A DNA stretch of 64,000 bases from an uncultured Clostridia bacterium (GCA_947625335.1 CANQNY010000001.1:3924-67923); one strand, 5' to 3'. Positions 46,374 through 56,918 are shown, numbered from the stretch's first letter. The notes: generated from the letters alone by a model not told the origin. Translations and numbers: made by a program.

Positions 46374-47078
46374 TTGAAATTCAAACGCAAAAGCAAAGAG
46401 CTTGACGCCGCACCGGGGGCTCTTGCCACCGTACAACAACTTCTTGCCGAGGACACCGGTCAGCAGGTCATGGAGCAGATGTTTAAGTTTGTGGAAATGG
46501 AACATCTGTACGAATCGGCAATCCGCGAGGTAAAAACCAAGCTTGAGATCCTTGACAGCGAGTTCCGCACAAAATACTCCTATAACCCCATTCATCATAT
46601 CGAGGACCGCCTTAAATCCCCGCAGAGTATCCTTGAAAAGTTACAGAGAAAGGGCGTGCCGTTCAGCGTGCAGTCCGTTAAAGACAATCTTCAGGACGTT
46701 GCGGGCGTTAGGGTAATTTGCAACTACATCGAGGATATTTACACCGTCGCAGACCTGCTTACGGCGCAGGACGACGTTAATCTTATCAAACGGAAAGACT
46801 ATATAGACTCCCCGAAACCAAACGGCTACCGCAGTCTGCATCTGGTGATTGAAACTCCCGTTTACCTCTCGGACAAGAAAGAAATGGTAAACGTGGAAGT
46901 GCAAATCAGAACGATAGCTATGGATTTCTGGGCAAGCCTTGAACACGAGCTGAAATACAAGTCCGATACCGATGTTTCGGCGGAGCTTGCGTCCCAACTT
47001 CGCGACTGCGCGGAGACCATTGCGGCTACCGACAAGAAAATGCAGCAGATTTACAAGACTCTTAAAGAAATTGACTGA
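46374..47078 (+). CDS. small alarmone synthetase (RelA/SpoT domain, YwaC/YjbM-like)
   Basis: RLKSPQSI..K, DVAGVRVIC, KDY...PK.NGYRSLHL, VEVQIRT.AMDFWASLEH. Confidence 0.92.
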   Translation: MKFKRKSKELDAAPGALATVQQLLAEDTGQQVMEQMFKFVEMEHLYESAIREVKTKLEILDSEFRTKYSYNPIHHIEDRLKSPQSILEKLQRKGVPFSVQSVKDNLQDVAGVRVICNYIEDIYTVADLLTAQDDVNLIKRKDYIDSPKPNGYRSLHLVIETPVYLSDKKEMVNVEVQIRTIAMDFWASLEHELKYKSDTDVSAELASQLRDCAETIAATDKKMQQIYKTLKEID

Positions 47079-47111
47079 GTTTGTTATACATTATAATTTA
47101 AGGAGCAATTT

Positions 47112-48482
47112 ATGAAAAAATTTGTTGCCGCGGCGTTGGCGGTGTGCGTTCTTGCGGCTGTAATCATTTTGGGTGCAACGTCAAAGCCTGAATTTGTATA
47201 CTATATCCGCGACGACGGCGGCGTAGAGGTGTGGTACCGCGGGGACAGCGAAAACGTGGTCGTTCCCGAAAAGTATCTCGGAAAGCCCGTCACTCACATC
47301 GGAAATGGGGCGTTTTCGCAAAAATTCAAGATTAAAAGCATAACCCTCCCTGACACCGTGACGCAAATCGGCGAAAGCGCGTTTTCAAACTGCGACAGTC
47401 TTGAAAGCGTAAATATCCCCGAGGGCGTTTCGGAGATACAGCCGTATACCTTTGAACACTGTATTAAACTGAACGGAATATTACTGTCGAATATCACGAA
47501 AATAGACAATTCCGCCTTTTCGGAGTGTAAAAAGCTTTGTATTACGGAATTCCCGGAGGGGCTTACATATATCGGCGATATGGCGTTTGCGGGATGTTCG
47601 GCTTTGACAGCGGCAATTTTGCCCGAAAGCGTCGAGCACCTCGGATCGTATGCGTTTGCGGAAAGCGGAATTGAAACGGCGAAACTGCCCGAAGGATCGG
47701 ATTTTTTCCCCGAGGGGTTGTTTTCCAACTGTGAAAAGCTGTCCGCGGTAAATATTCCGAACAGCGTTAATTTAATAGGCACAAATGCGTTTTCGGGCTG
47801 CACGAGTCTTAAAGAGATAAAGCTTCCCGAAAACATAAATTTAATAGAGCAAAACGTGTTTGAAAACTGCACAAGCCTTTCCGGCGTAAATTTCCCGAAC
47901 GCCCTCACTTCTATCGGCGACGGGGCATTTTCGGGCTGTACGGCTTTGAAAACTGTCGCTTTGCCCGAAAATCTCGAATTCCTCGGAGCGCAGGCATTCG
48001 CGGAAAGCGGCATTGAAACGCTGACGTTTTACGGAGGAATAAAGCAAATCCCCGAGAAGGCGTTTTACGGCTGCGACGACCTTATGAAAATCGAAATCCC
48101 CGCGGGAATTATCACAATAAACGCAAATGCGTTTGCAGACTGCGGCAATTTGTGTGATATTTTGTTCTCCGAAAGCGTTGCCTCAATAGAGGCAGGGGCT
48201 TTTTCCGGGTGCGGGAACCTTCGCTGCGTTACAATTCCGAGAAACGTTGTTTCAATAGGTCAAAGCGCGTTTTCGGGGTGCGGTTCTCTTGAAAGCGTTG
48301 TGTTGATGCGGGAAATCGGCAGCATTACGATAGAGGATTATGCGTTCGAGGGCTGTACAAATATCTCCGAGTTCATCATAAACGGTCCTGTGGAGGTGCG
48401 CGGGGAAAACGTTTTCAGCGGATTAAACAAAGCGACTTTGTTTGGCATAGAGCAGCAGATAATGAAAAAGCTTGCAAGATAG
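47112..48482 (+). CDS. BspA-type leucine-rich-repeat surface protein
   Basis: Signal/TM N-terminus; many IG..AF..C..L..I.IP LRR_5 repeats. Confidence 0.92.
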   Translation: MKKFVAAALAVCVLAAVIILGATSKPEFVYYIRDDGGVEVWYRGDSENVVVPEKYLGKPVTHIGNGAFSQKFKIKSITLPDTVTQIGESAFSNCDSLESVNIPEGVSEIQPYTFEHCIKLNGILLSNITKIDNSAFSECKKLCITEFPEGLTYIGDMAFAGCSALTAAILPESVEHLGSYAFAESGIETAKLPEGSDFFPEGLFSNCEKLSAVNIPNSVNLIGTNAFSGCTSLKEIKLPENINLIEQNVFENCTSLSGVNFPNALTSIGDGAFSGCTALKTVALPENLEFLGAQAFAESGIETLTFYGGIKQIPEKAFYGCDDLMKIEIPAGIITINANAFADCGNLCDILFSESVASIEAGAFSGCGNLRCVTIPRNVVSIGQSAFSGCGSLESVVLMREIGSITIEDYAFEGCTNISEFIINGPVEVRGENVFSGLNKATLFGIEQQIMKKLAR

Positions 48483-48522
48483 AATTAAGCCCCGTTCCTT
48501 GAAAGAACGGGGCTTTGTTGTG

Positions 48523-49122
48523 TTATCTGTTGTAATAATCGTCTAAAAACTGTTTCAGGAGCGTTACCGAACCGTCTATGCCGAGCGCGGAGCTGTCAAT
48601 GCAAAGCTGATAATTCGACGGCGAACCCCAGCGTTTGTCGGTGTAGTAATTATAATAAGAAGTACGCTGTTTGTCAATGCGCTTTACATAGTCCTCGGCA
48701 TGCTTTTCGGCAATGTCGTAGACCTCAATTGCGCGCTTTACGCGAACCTCAAACGGCGCGCAGATGAAAATATTCACGACCCCCTCGAAATCGCGCAAAG
48801 CATAATCCGCGCAGCGTCCGATTATAACGCAGGACTGCTCCAACGCGATTTTCTGAATGGCGTTGAGCTGTGCGAAAAACAGCGTATCGTCAAACGGCAC
48901 TCCGCCCTGCCCGTAGGTAGTCGACAGCAGATAAAGAAAGCTGTTCGGGCGTTTTTCGTCGTTTTCCTCAAAGTGGCTCTTGTGAATACCGCTGTTTCCC
49001 GCGGCGACGTCAAGCAGCTTGTTATCATAAAACTCCACGCCTATCTGCTCCGCAAGCTTTTGACCGATCTCGCGGCCGCCGCTGCCGTATTGCCTGGTAA
49101 TGGTAATTATCTTGTTTGACAT
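48523..49122 (-). CDS. cytidylate kinase-like family protein
   Basis: ITRQYGSGGREIG, IIGRCAD, YTDKRWG...YQLCIDSS. Confidence 0.88.
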   Translation of the reverse strand: MSNKIITITRQYGSGGREIGQKLAEQIGVEFYDNKLLDVAAGNSGIHKSHFEENDEKRPNSFLYLLSTTYGQGGVPFDDTLFFAQLNAIQKIALEQSCVIIGRCADYALRDFEGVVNIFICAPFEVRVKRAIEVYDIAEKHAEDYVKRIDKQRTSYYNYYTDKRWGSPSNYQLCIDSSALGIDGSVTLLKQFLDDYYNR

Positions 49123-49445
49123 AAACAACACCTACTTTCGGTTAGAAGTTCTTCTTTATTTAATTATAACACAGAGTTTTGGTATTGTCACTCATTTTAA
49201 CAAAACTTTGTGTATTTTTACGGAATTTTTGTGCAATTTATACAAATTTGCTTCTATCGGGCAAATTATTGTCGAATAGCACAACAAATAGCTATCATTT
49301 GTGCAATAAACATGAAAAATTGATGAAAAGATAAAAAATTATTCAAAACCCCTATACATTTTGAGAAAAATCTTGTATAATAAAAGTGTAGGCAAAGGAT
49401 TTAAGGAAAATAACGGTTTATGAAAACTGTCAACAGGAGTCTTGT

Positions 49446-51203
49446 ATGACTGTCAACGATATTCTGACTATGCTCGGCGGTCTGGCGGTGTTTATGTTCG
49501 GTATGCATACGCTGTCGGGCGCGCTTGAAAAGTTCGCGGGCGGAAAGCTCGAAAACTGGCTTGAAAAAATGACCTCCAACCCGCTTAAGGGCGTGGCTCT
49601 GGGCGCAGGCGTCACCGCGCTTATACAATCCTCGGCGGCTACAACCGTCATGATGGTAGGTTTTGTAAACTCGGGGATTATGAAACTGTCGCAGGCTATC
49701 GGCGTTATTATGGGCGCGAATATCGGTACTACCGCGACGGGCTGGTTGGTGTCGCTTACCGCTATCGACGGCGGGGGGATCGCCGCGCTGTTCAACCCGA
49801 AAAACTTCACGCCCGTTCTCGCGATTATAGGCGTGGTTCTCGCTATGTTTACAAAATCCGACCGAAAGAGGACCTTCGGCACGATTTTGCTCGGATTTTC
49901 GCTCTTGATGTTCGGAATGAACACCATGTCGGGCGCGGCGGAGGTTCTTAAAGACAACGAGCAATTCGCGAATTTTATGGTGATGTTCACAAATCCGTTT
50001 TTGGGAGTGCTTGTGGGTGCGCTGCTTACGGCGGTTTTGCAGTCGTCGTCGGTTTCTATCGGCATTTTGCAGACCCTCTCGAACAAAACGGGAACGATCA
50101 CGTATTCCATCGCTCTGCCGATAATTCTTGGGCAGAACATCGGCTCGTGCGTTACCGCGCTTATTTCGTCTATCGGCGCAAACAAGTCCGCAAAGCGCGT
50201 AGCTATCGTTCACCTGTATTTCAACGTTATCGGAACGGTGGTTTTCCTCACGCTGTATTATATCGCAAACGCGATTTTCGATATGCCGTTTATGAACGAA
50301 CAGCTTAATTCCGTCGGAATTGCGATAATTCACACCTGCTTTAACGTGCTGGCAACGGCGTTGTTTTTGCCGTTCACAAAACAGCTTGAAAAGCTTGCCT
50401 GCCTTACCGTTCGTGACAAGCCGGGCGAGGAGTCGCTTGAAGTCCCGATGCTGGACAAGCGTTTTTTAAACACTCCGTCCGTCGCTCTCGAGCAGTGCAA
50501 GAACGTTGCGTACAAAATGGCAAGTCTTACGCAGAAAACGCTGTTGATGTCCTTGGACCTTGTTAAAAATTACGATGCGAGAATAGCGCAGGAAGTTATT
50601 GACAACGAAAATGCGATTGACCTGTACGAAGATAATATAGGCTCGTATATTCTGAAGATAAGCTCGAAAGACCTGTCCGTAAATGATAGCCAGACGGTTT
50701 CTAATCTGCTGCACACAATAGGCGACCTCGAACGCATTTCCGACCACGCGGTGAATATTGTCGAGGCTGCCGAGGAAATGCATACCAAAAAGGTGAGGTT
50801 CTCCCCCGCCGCCGAGGAAGAAGTCGGCATAATGATACGGGCGGTGACGGAAATTCTCGATATGTCGATACGGTCGTTTATAAATTCCGACGTCGCGCTT
50901 GCAAAGGACGTAGAGCCGCTGGAGGACGTTATCGACGGGCTTCGCACCGAGCTTAAAAACCGCCATGTACAGCGGCTTAGGGACGGACTTTGCACGATAG
51001 AACTGGGGTTCATTTTGCAGGATCTGCTGACGAATTTCGAGCGCGTTTCCGACCATTGCTCCAACATTGCGGTTTGCCTTATCCAGATAAAGGAAAACAG
51101 CATGGACACTCACGAATATATGAACGAGCTGAAAAAACTCGACAAGTCCGAGTTTATGGACGAGTTTAACGAGTATAAGAACAAATACGTTCTGCCGAAT
51201 TAA
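49446..51203 (+). CDS. Na/Pi cotransporter with PhoU domains
   Basis: QSSAATT..GANIGTT and QSSSVS..GQNIGS repeats; C-terminal DLERISDHA / FERVSDHC. Confidence 0.93.
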   Translation: MTVNDILTMLGGLAVFMFGMHTLSGALEKFAGGKLENWLEKMTSNPLKGVALGAGVTALIQSSAATTVMMVGFVNSGIMKLSQAIGVIMGANIGTTATGWLVSLTAIDGGGIAALFNPKNFTPVLAIIGVVLAMFTKSDRKRTFGTILLGFSLLMFGMNTMSGAAEVLKDNEQFANFMVMFTNPFLGVLVGALLTAVLQSSSVSIGILQTLSNKTGTITYSIALPIILGQNIGSCVTALISSIGANKSAKRVAIVHLYFNVIGTVVFLTLYYIANAIFDMPFMNEQLNSVGIAIIHTCFNVLATALFLPFTKQLEKLACLTVRDKPGEESLEVPMLDKRFLNTPSVALEQCKNVAYKMASLTQKTLLMSLDLVKNYDARIAQEVIDNENAIDLYEDNIGSYILKISSKDLSVNDSQTVSNLLHTIGDLERISDHAVNIVEAAEEMHTKKVRFSPAAEEEVGIMIRAVTEILDMSIRSFINSDVALAKDVEPLEDVIDGLRTELKNRHVQRLRDGLCTIELGFILQDLLTNFERVSDHCSNIAVCLIQIKENSMDTHEYMNELKKLDKSEFMDEFNEYKNKYVLPN

Positions 51204-51218
51204 AAAATTGAGCATAAA

Positions 51219-51250
51219 AAACCGCCGGGGGTTGTCCTCGGCGGTTTTTT
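51219..51250. terminator. bidirectional terminator
   Basis: AAAAACCGCCG..CGGCGGTTTTT. Confidence 0.75.
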
Positions 51251-51252
51251 AT

Positions 51253-51723
51253 TCAGAGAATTTTCTCCATTCCGATTTTCTGCACCGAAAGCCCGCATTT
51301 TTCGTAGAATTTTTTCGCGCCCTCGTTGCATTCCCAGACGTTTAACGTGACGTTGTAACAGCCGTGTTCTTTCGCGAACTTCAACACATACTCGTAAAGC
51401 GTCCGCCCGACGTGCTGTCCGCGGGATTTTTCATCAACGCACAAATCGTCGATGTAAAGCGAGGTGTAATGCACCAGCGACTCGCCCGAATGCCGCTCGA
51501 AAATGCAGAACGCGTAGCCCTTAATCTCGCCGCTGTCGTATACGAAAATCGGTCGCTCGTCGTCCGCGATTATAACGCGCAATTCGTCCTCGGTGTACTT
51601 TTTCGAGCCCGGCTTGAACAGGTCGGGGCGTTTGTCGGAGTGAACCTTGTGGACCTGATACAAAAGCTCTGTTATACGCGGAATATCGCGCTGTTCGGCG
51701 CGGCGCACAGTAAATTCTTCCAA
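51253..51723 (-). CDS. GNAT acetyltransferase
   Basis: YIDDLCVDEKSRGQHVG..L; A.KFYEKCG. Confidence 0.9.
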   Translation of the reverse strand: MEEFTVRRAEQRDIPRITELLYQVHKVHSDKRPDLFKPGSKKYTEDELRVIIADDERPIFVYDSGEIKGYAFCIFERHSGESLVHYTSLYIDDLCVDEKSRGQHVGRTLYEYVLKFAKEHGCYNVTLNVWECNEGAKKFYEKCGLSVQKIGMEKIL

Positions 51724-51728
51724 CCCTT

Positions 51729-53000
51729 TCAGTCCTTTATCTCGTATTTTTCGCCGTCAATCTCAACGGTCGTTCCCACAAAAATCGGCGCGGCTTTCCC
51801 GCCCTGCACAGTCTTTTCCTCGCCGTTCGGGAGCGTACACCGCCAGTCGCTTTCTCCGTGATTTTTAAGCCCCCACAACGCGGGATTTACCTTGTTTCTG
51901 ACAACCTCCGCTTTGAGATTAACCTCGTCGTCAAACAACTTTGCTCCGTCAAAAAGCAGCATCGAGCTTTTCGCGCCGACAAGCGACAGCGGCTTTGAAT
52001 AGTGAGTGCCGCACGCGCAGATAAGCTTGCCCTCGTCGTCGGTTTCGACAGCGGAGAGAAAATTCTGTATACCGCACGGGCATGCGGTTATCTCCCCGCG
52101 AAGACGTTTTAAAAGGTCAAGCCACTGTTTTTCGATAAGGCGTTTTGACGGCTCGGAAAGACCCGTTGTAAATGAAAATTCAAAAGCCTCGCGGATATAA
52201 TCGGGCATAATGCGCCAGAATTTAATGATATTGTTGTGAACGCCGCGCACGGGGCGGTTGCTGTCGTCGTTGGGGTCGTACACAAACAACGGCTCGAACC
52301 CGTAGTGTCTGCGCTCAGCCTCCTCGGTAAGGCACACGCTTTTAAGCACCCTGCCGCCCTCCAGCGGGTCGCCGCGCAGCAGCAGCCTGAACAGCACAAC
52401 GGCAAGCGAATAGCGGTCGGTGTACTTATCGGGAGCTTTTTCGCCGCGGACAATTTCGGGAGCCATATAGCCCGGTTTTCCCGCAATGCCGAGATGTTCC
52501 CCGTAAGGCGCGATATTATCGCAGTCGCAAATAAGAACATCTCCGTCGCGCGGGCGAATGAAAAATCCGCCGTCGTTCATATCCTGATAACTGTTTCCGC
52601 TGTTGTGAAGTTCGCGGAACGCGGAAGTTATCCTTATAGCGGAATTTACCACCGAATACAGCCCCGACAGCTTTACCCGGGCGTTTAAAATATCCGAAAA
52701 CGGCTTGTATTCCTCAGGGATAATGTCCATAAGAAAGCCAAAGCTGTCGTCAACGGGAGCAGTAAGCAGACGCGGCATCAAAAAAGCCTCGTCAAAGCTT
52801 TTTTCTTCGGTTAAACGGCGCAGATTGTCGCGGAAAATATCGGGACGTTTCAGCTTTTTCGGGAAGTAGACTTTAAGAGCGTACTCCTTGCCCGAAAAAC
52901 GCGCCCTGTAAACCGTCCCCTGCCCGCCGGAGCCGAGAACCGCCGTGATTTCCGCGCTGCCGCCAAGCTCAAGAGGGACTTTGTCGCCAATCTTCAGCAT
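51729..53000 (-). CDS. Ser/Thr protein kinase of TerY-P type
   Basis: LGSGGQGTVY, ALKVY, YQDMND, CDCDN, YMAPE, D.YSLAV; C-terminal zinc ribbon and FHA-like tail. Confidence 0.88.
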   Translation of the reverse strand: MLKIGDKVPLELGGSAEITAVLGSGGQGTVYRARFSGKEYALKVYFPKKLKRPDIFRDNLRRLTEEKSFDEAFLMPRLLTAPVDDSFGFLMDIIPEEYKPFSDILNARVKLSGLYSVVNSAIRITSAFRELHNSGNSYQDMNDGGFFIRPRDGDVLICDCDNIAPYGEHLGIAGKPGYMAPEIVRGEKAPDKYTDRYSLAVVLFRLLLRGDPLEGGRVLKSVCLTEEAERRHYGFEPLFVYDPNDDSNRPVRGVHNNIIKFWRIMPDYIREAFEFSFTTGLSEPSKRLIEKQWLDLLKRLRGEITACPCGIQNFLSAVETDDEGKLICACGTHYSKPLSLVGAKSSMLLFDGAKLFDDEVNLKAEVVRNKVNPALWGLKNHGESDWRCTLPNGEEKTVQGGKAAPIFVGTTVEIDGEKYEIKD

Positions 53001-53350
53001 TAAAAGCCTCCTCCCGTAAGGGAATCGAATTTCTCCTCCGCGGAGGTCTCAGCGGCGTTTCCGCACCACTCGCAGACAGTTTCGTTTTCGCCGTTCCAAC
53101 AAGTTGTCTTTCCGCACTCGCTGCACTGGAAAAAGCCCTTTGCCCCGCAATACGGGCAGGAGGGGTAATCCGTCGTTACATAGACGTTTCCCGAAATCTC
53201 GGTGTCGCCGAATTTCTCGCGGGACGCCGTATGCTCCGACACCTTAAACGCCCATGTCGCGTACCACGCTTCGTCCTCGCGCTGTTCGGCGCGAATGCCG
53301 AAAAGTCCGTGATGCTCCTTGCATTTTGTAAGAATAACCGCTGCTTTCAT
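53000..53350 (-). CDS. TerY-C metal-binding domain protein
   Basis: C......FGIR.E, W.ATWAF, CPYCG..FFQC..CGK..CW...C.WCG. Confidence 0.82.
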   Translation of the reverse strand: MKAAVILTKCKEHHGLFGIRAEQREDEAWYATWAFKVSEHTASREKFGDTEISGNVYVTTDYPSCPYCGAKGFFQCSECGKTTCWNGENETVCEWCGNAAETSAEEKFDSLTGGGF

Positions 53351-53363
53351 TGTTTACCTCCAT

Positions 53364-54662
53364 TTATTCGTTATCCGCCCGGCGCAGCTTTTTGAGAATC
53401 TTAGCCGCCTCTTCATGACCGTTTTTCGCGGCAAGCGAAAAATAATGCTTTGCCTGCTCGTTATCCTTGGGAACATAAACTCCTTTGAGATACATAACCC
53501 CAAGATTGTATTGCGCGATATTAAGTCCCCCGTCGGCAGCCAGCTTAAACCACCGAAACGCCTCGGCAGGGTCTTTAGGAACGCCGCTGCCCGTATAAAG
53601 GCACTTTCCGTAGGAGCACTGCGCCTTTATATGCCCGACCTCCGCGGCGCGCCTGTAAAACATTGCCGCGCCCTCGGCGTCCTTTTCCGCAAGACAGCGG
53701 CGCGCGCTTTGATAAAGCTCCTCGCCGTCGTCGGGCAAAGGCTCGGGAGCCTCGGTTTCTTCGGGAAGTTCATCAGTCCCGCCCGTGTATTTTTTCCACT
53801 TTTTCGCAAGTTCGGGATTTTTTTCAACATGAACCCCGTTTTCATAACACAAAGCTATCATATCCGACGCGTCGGAACAACCCTTTTTCGCGGCTTTTAA
53901 AAAGCACTCGTAGGCTTTGTCCTCGTCAAGCTCGCAGGCAATGCCCTCGGCGTAGAAATAGCCTTTCATATACTCTGCCTGAGCCACGCCGTTTTCAGCG
54001 GCTCTTACAAACCACTCTCGCGCGCCCGCCACGTCCTGAACGCCGCCGCGCCCCTCTAAGCGATAACTTCCCATATAATACTCGGCTTCGCCATGGTCCT
54101 GCAATGCCGCGTTCTCAAACCAGTAAAGAGCCTTTTCATACTCGTGAATTCTGTCAAAATGCCGTCCGAGAGAATACTGCTCGGCGGGGTCGGTAATGTT
54201 CTTTTTGGACTCGGTCTCCGACGCAGGGAGAATTTCCGACTTCTTAAACGAAATTTCACACCCCACCGCGCACCCCACCGCCTCTACAGCCTCGGCGGCA
54301 ACGCGCCCTTTTATACCGATTTCATCGCGGAGGGACTTTATGCACCCCGCAGCCGCCGCGCACCGCACCTCGAACGGTTTTTCGCGGACGGCGTACAGCT
54401 TTTTTGCACAGCCGTCGTACAGCGTCACAAAGCAGAGCCGTCTTGCCTGAGACTCTTTCGGGAAAAAATCGGCGATAAGCGCGTCGGTTCGGCGAAAATC
54501 GAGCAGGGTTTCCGCGCCGAATTTTTCGGTAATATAACGCAAAATACCCTTCAAATCGCGGATAGGCTCGCCCTTTTTCGTGTGAACAGTCCTGCAATAG
54601 CCGCAGTAATCCTGTTTTGTTTCATCAAACGCCCTCCCGCAGCGTCCGCAGACCATTGCCAA
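53364..54662 (-). CDS. Sel1-repeat protein
   Basis: Repeated A.YWFE.AA.Q.H..A.Y..G and AQYNLG.MY..G..V..D...A motifs; N-terminal CxxC pair. Confidence 0.9.
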   Translation of the reverse strand: MAMVCGRCGRAFDETKQDYCGYCRTVHTKKGEPIRDLKGILRYITEKFGAETLLDFRRTDALIADFFPKESQARRLCFVTLYDGCAKKLYAVREKPFEVRCAAAAGCIKSLRDEIGIKGRVAAEAVEAVGCAVGCEISFKKSEILPASETESKKNITDPAEQYSLGRHFDRIHEYEKALYWFENAALQDHGEAEYYMGSYRLEGRGGVQDVAGAREWFVRAAENGVAQAEYMKGYFYAEGIACELDEDKAYECFLKAAKKGCSDASDMIALCYENGVHVEKNPELAKKWKKYTGGTDELPEETEAPEPLPDDGEELYQSARRCLAEKDAEGAAMFYRRAAEVGHIKAQCSYGKCLYTGSGVPKDPAEAFRWFKLAADGGLNIAQYNLGVMYLKGVYVPKDNEQAKHYFSLAAKNGHEEAAKILKKLRRADNE

Positions 54663-54922
54663 GACCTCCCTTTAAAATCACATTTACATACACTATATAT
54701 TGTACCATATTTTTGCTTTTTTGTCAACGGCTTTCCGCGTTTCAAACCTAAATTGTAAGATATGCAAAGCACGGTTTTATGCGGATTTGTGTAATTTCGC
54801 GGAAAATCCGGGTTAAATTTTTTAAAAAAATTTTCATTTTCCGCATAACCGCTTGACAGAACTGAAAGATTGTAGTAAAATATATGTAGTATTGTTAATT
54901 TTAACGAAAGGAATGTTAAAAT

Positions 54923-56467
54923 ATGGCAGAAAAGCTTACAATGCTTTTGATTTATCCCGATTTTCTTGAAGAGGAAATGTTTAACAAAAACAAGCTCGGA
55001 AACTACAGCGAGGGACTGGCGTCTATCTCGGCGGTGCTCAAACAGGGCGGCTATGACGTAAAGCTCTACCACGAGCTGTATATGCCGACAAAAGAGGAGT
55101 TTATCGAAAAGGTGAAAAGCTTTTCGCCCGACGTTATCGGTTTTACCGCGAGAACTACTGCTATTCCGTTCATCACCGAAATGGCAGGCTGGCTTGACGA
55201 CGAGCTGCCCGATATTTTCGTGACGCTGGGCGGGTATCACGCTATCCTCGTGCCGGACGAGTGTATGAAAATACGCGGCGTGGACGCGGTAACTGTGGGC
55301 GAGGGCGAATATCCGCTGCTGGAACTTATGGACTCCATGCGCGACAACAGGGCAAACGGTGTGACGGGCTACCCCGTACGGACGGATATTTTAAGCATAA
55401 ATTTCAAGATGCCCGACGGCTCGGTTATAAACAACCCCGTGCGACCGCTGATTGAGGATCTGGACGAGCTGCCGTTCCCGGACTTCGACCTTTTCGATTA
55501 TGAAAACCTCGACCGCTCGAAAAACTTTACGGCTATGGTTATGCTGTCAAGAGGGTGTCTGTTCAGCTGCACCTACTGCGGCAACTCGCAGTTCCGCAAT
55601 ATCTACCCGAACAAGCAGAAATACTGCCGTTTCAGAAGTCCCAAAAAGGCGATAGAGCTGCTTGAACTCCTGCTCTCGAAATACCCGTTTATCAAGTACA
55701 TTGAATTCCGCGACGCTATCTTCAATATGTATAAGGACTGGTTCTACGAGTTTATGCCGATGTACATTGAGAAAATTCATCTGCCGTTCAACTGCAACCT
55801 GCGTTTTGACGTTCTGGACGAGGAAATGGTTAAAATGCTCAAAGACGGCGGCTGCTATATGATAGACATAGGTCTTGAAAACGGAAACGAGGAATTCCGC
55901 AAAAAGTACCTCCACCGCAATATGAAAAACGACCATATGGTGCAGGTTGCAAAGTGGTTCAGGCAGTACAAGATAACCGCGCTTACCTACAATATCGTCG
56001 GACTTCCGTATGAAACGCTGGAGCTGTCGCTTGAAACCGTAAAGCTTAACGCGAAACTCGATGTGGACAAGGTTATCCCGAACATTTTCTACCCCTACCC
56101 GATGACGATACTGAAAAAGACCGCCGAGGACGCGGGATTTATAGACCCGACCGTCGACCCCAACGACCCTGTTCAGCTGCGTATGCCGCAGTACCCGAAG
56201 TACGATATTCTCTACATGGCGTACAACTTCAACAAGCTGGTTAAGAAGTACAAGGAAATTTACGCGCTGCCGCCCGAAAAGGCGAAAATTGAGGAGGAAA
56301 AGCTGGATAAGAAGATAACCTCCAAAAATTACCCGCGAAAATTCCTCTACAAGACCGCAAAGTTCAAGGAGGACACCTTTGTTCTCGCGAAACGGACGCT
56401 GAAAAAGGTCTCGCCGAAGTTGTTTATCTTCCTGAAAAACAAGACGATGAAGGAAGTCAAGAATTAA
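54923..56467 (+). CDS. cobalamin-binding radical SAM protein
   Basis: N-terminal B12-binding domain (GLASISAVL...GGYHA); SRGCLFSCTYC cluster motif; GLENG; IVGLPYET. Confidence 0.9.
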   Translation: MAEKLTMLLIYPDFLEEEMFNKNKLGNYSEGLASISAVLKQGGYDVKLYHELYMPTKEEFIEKVKSFSPDVIGFTARTTAIPFITEMAGWLDDELPDIFVTLGGYHAILVPDECMKIRGVDAVTVGEGEYPLLELMDSMRDNRANGVTGYPVRTDILSINFKMPDGSVINNPVRPLIEDLDELPFPDFDLFDYENLDRSKNFTAMVMLSRGCLFSCTYCGNSQFRNIYPNKQKYCRFRSPKKAIELLELLLSKYPFIKYIEFRDAIFNMYKDWFYEFMPMYIEKIHLPFNCNLRFDVLDEEMVKMLKDGGCYMIDIGLENGNEEFRKKYLHRNMKNDHMVQVAKWFRQYKITALTYNIVGLPYETLELSLETVKLNAKLDVDKVIPNIFYPYPMTILKKTAEDAGFIDPTVDPNDPVQLRMPQYPKYDILYMAYNFNKLVKKYKEIYALPPEKAKIEEEKLDKKITSKNYPRKFLYKTAKFKEDTFVLAKRTLKKVSPKLFIFLKNKTMKEVKN

Positions 56468-56510
56468 CAAGATAAAATAAGAACCGCTCTGAAAAGGGCG
56501 GTTCTGTTTG

Positions 56511-56918
56511 TTATAAATCCTTTTTCATTACGACAGCGTCGTCGTCCTTGTAATAGCGTTTCCGAACAGAGATTTTCCGAAAACCGAAGCTCTCGTAAAG
56601 GGCGATTGCGGCGGCGTTTCTGCTCCTCACTTCAAGAAAGCAGACCACAGCACCGCGGTTTTTCATGTCGCTTAAAACCCGCGTCATAAGCTTTTTTGCG
56701 AACCCTTGGCGGCGAAAACGTTCGGTTACAGCAATTCTTAATAACTCCCCCTCGTCCGCTGTCACTCGGGCAAGCGCGTACCCCGCTAATTTTCTGTCCG
56801 ACAGCTCCCAGATGCTTACGCAAAGCGGATTGTCAAGCTCGAACATTATCTCCTCGTAATTCCACGCGGGGTCGAAACATTCCTCCTCAATACGGGAAAT
56901 TTCCTCGCAAATATCCAT
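56511..56918 (-). CDS. rimI: ribosomal protein S18 alanine N-acetyltransferase
   Basis: ELLRIAV...RRQGFA, FLEVRSRN.AAI.LY..FGF...RK.YY..DDA. Confidence 0.88.
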   Translation of the reverse strand: MDICEEISRIEEECFDPAWNYEEIMFELDNPLCVSIWELSDRKLAGYALARVTADEGELLRIAVTERFRRQGFAKKLMTRVLSDMKNRGAVVCFLEVRSRNAAAIALYESFGFRKISVRKRYYKDDDAVVMKKDL

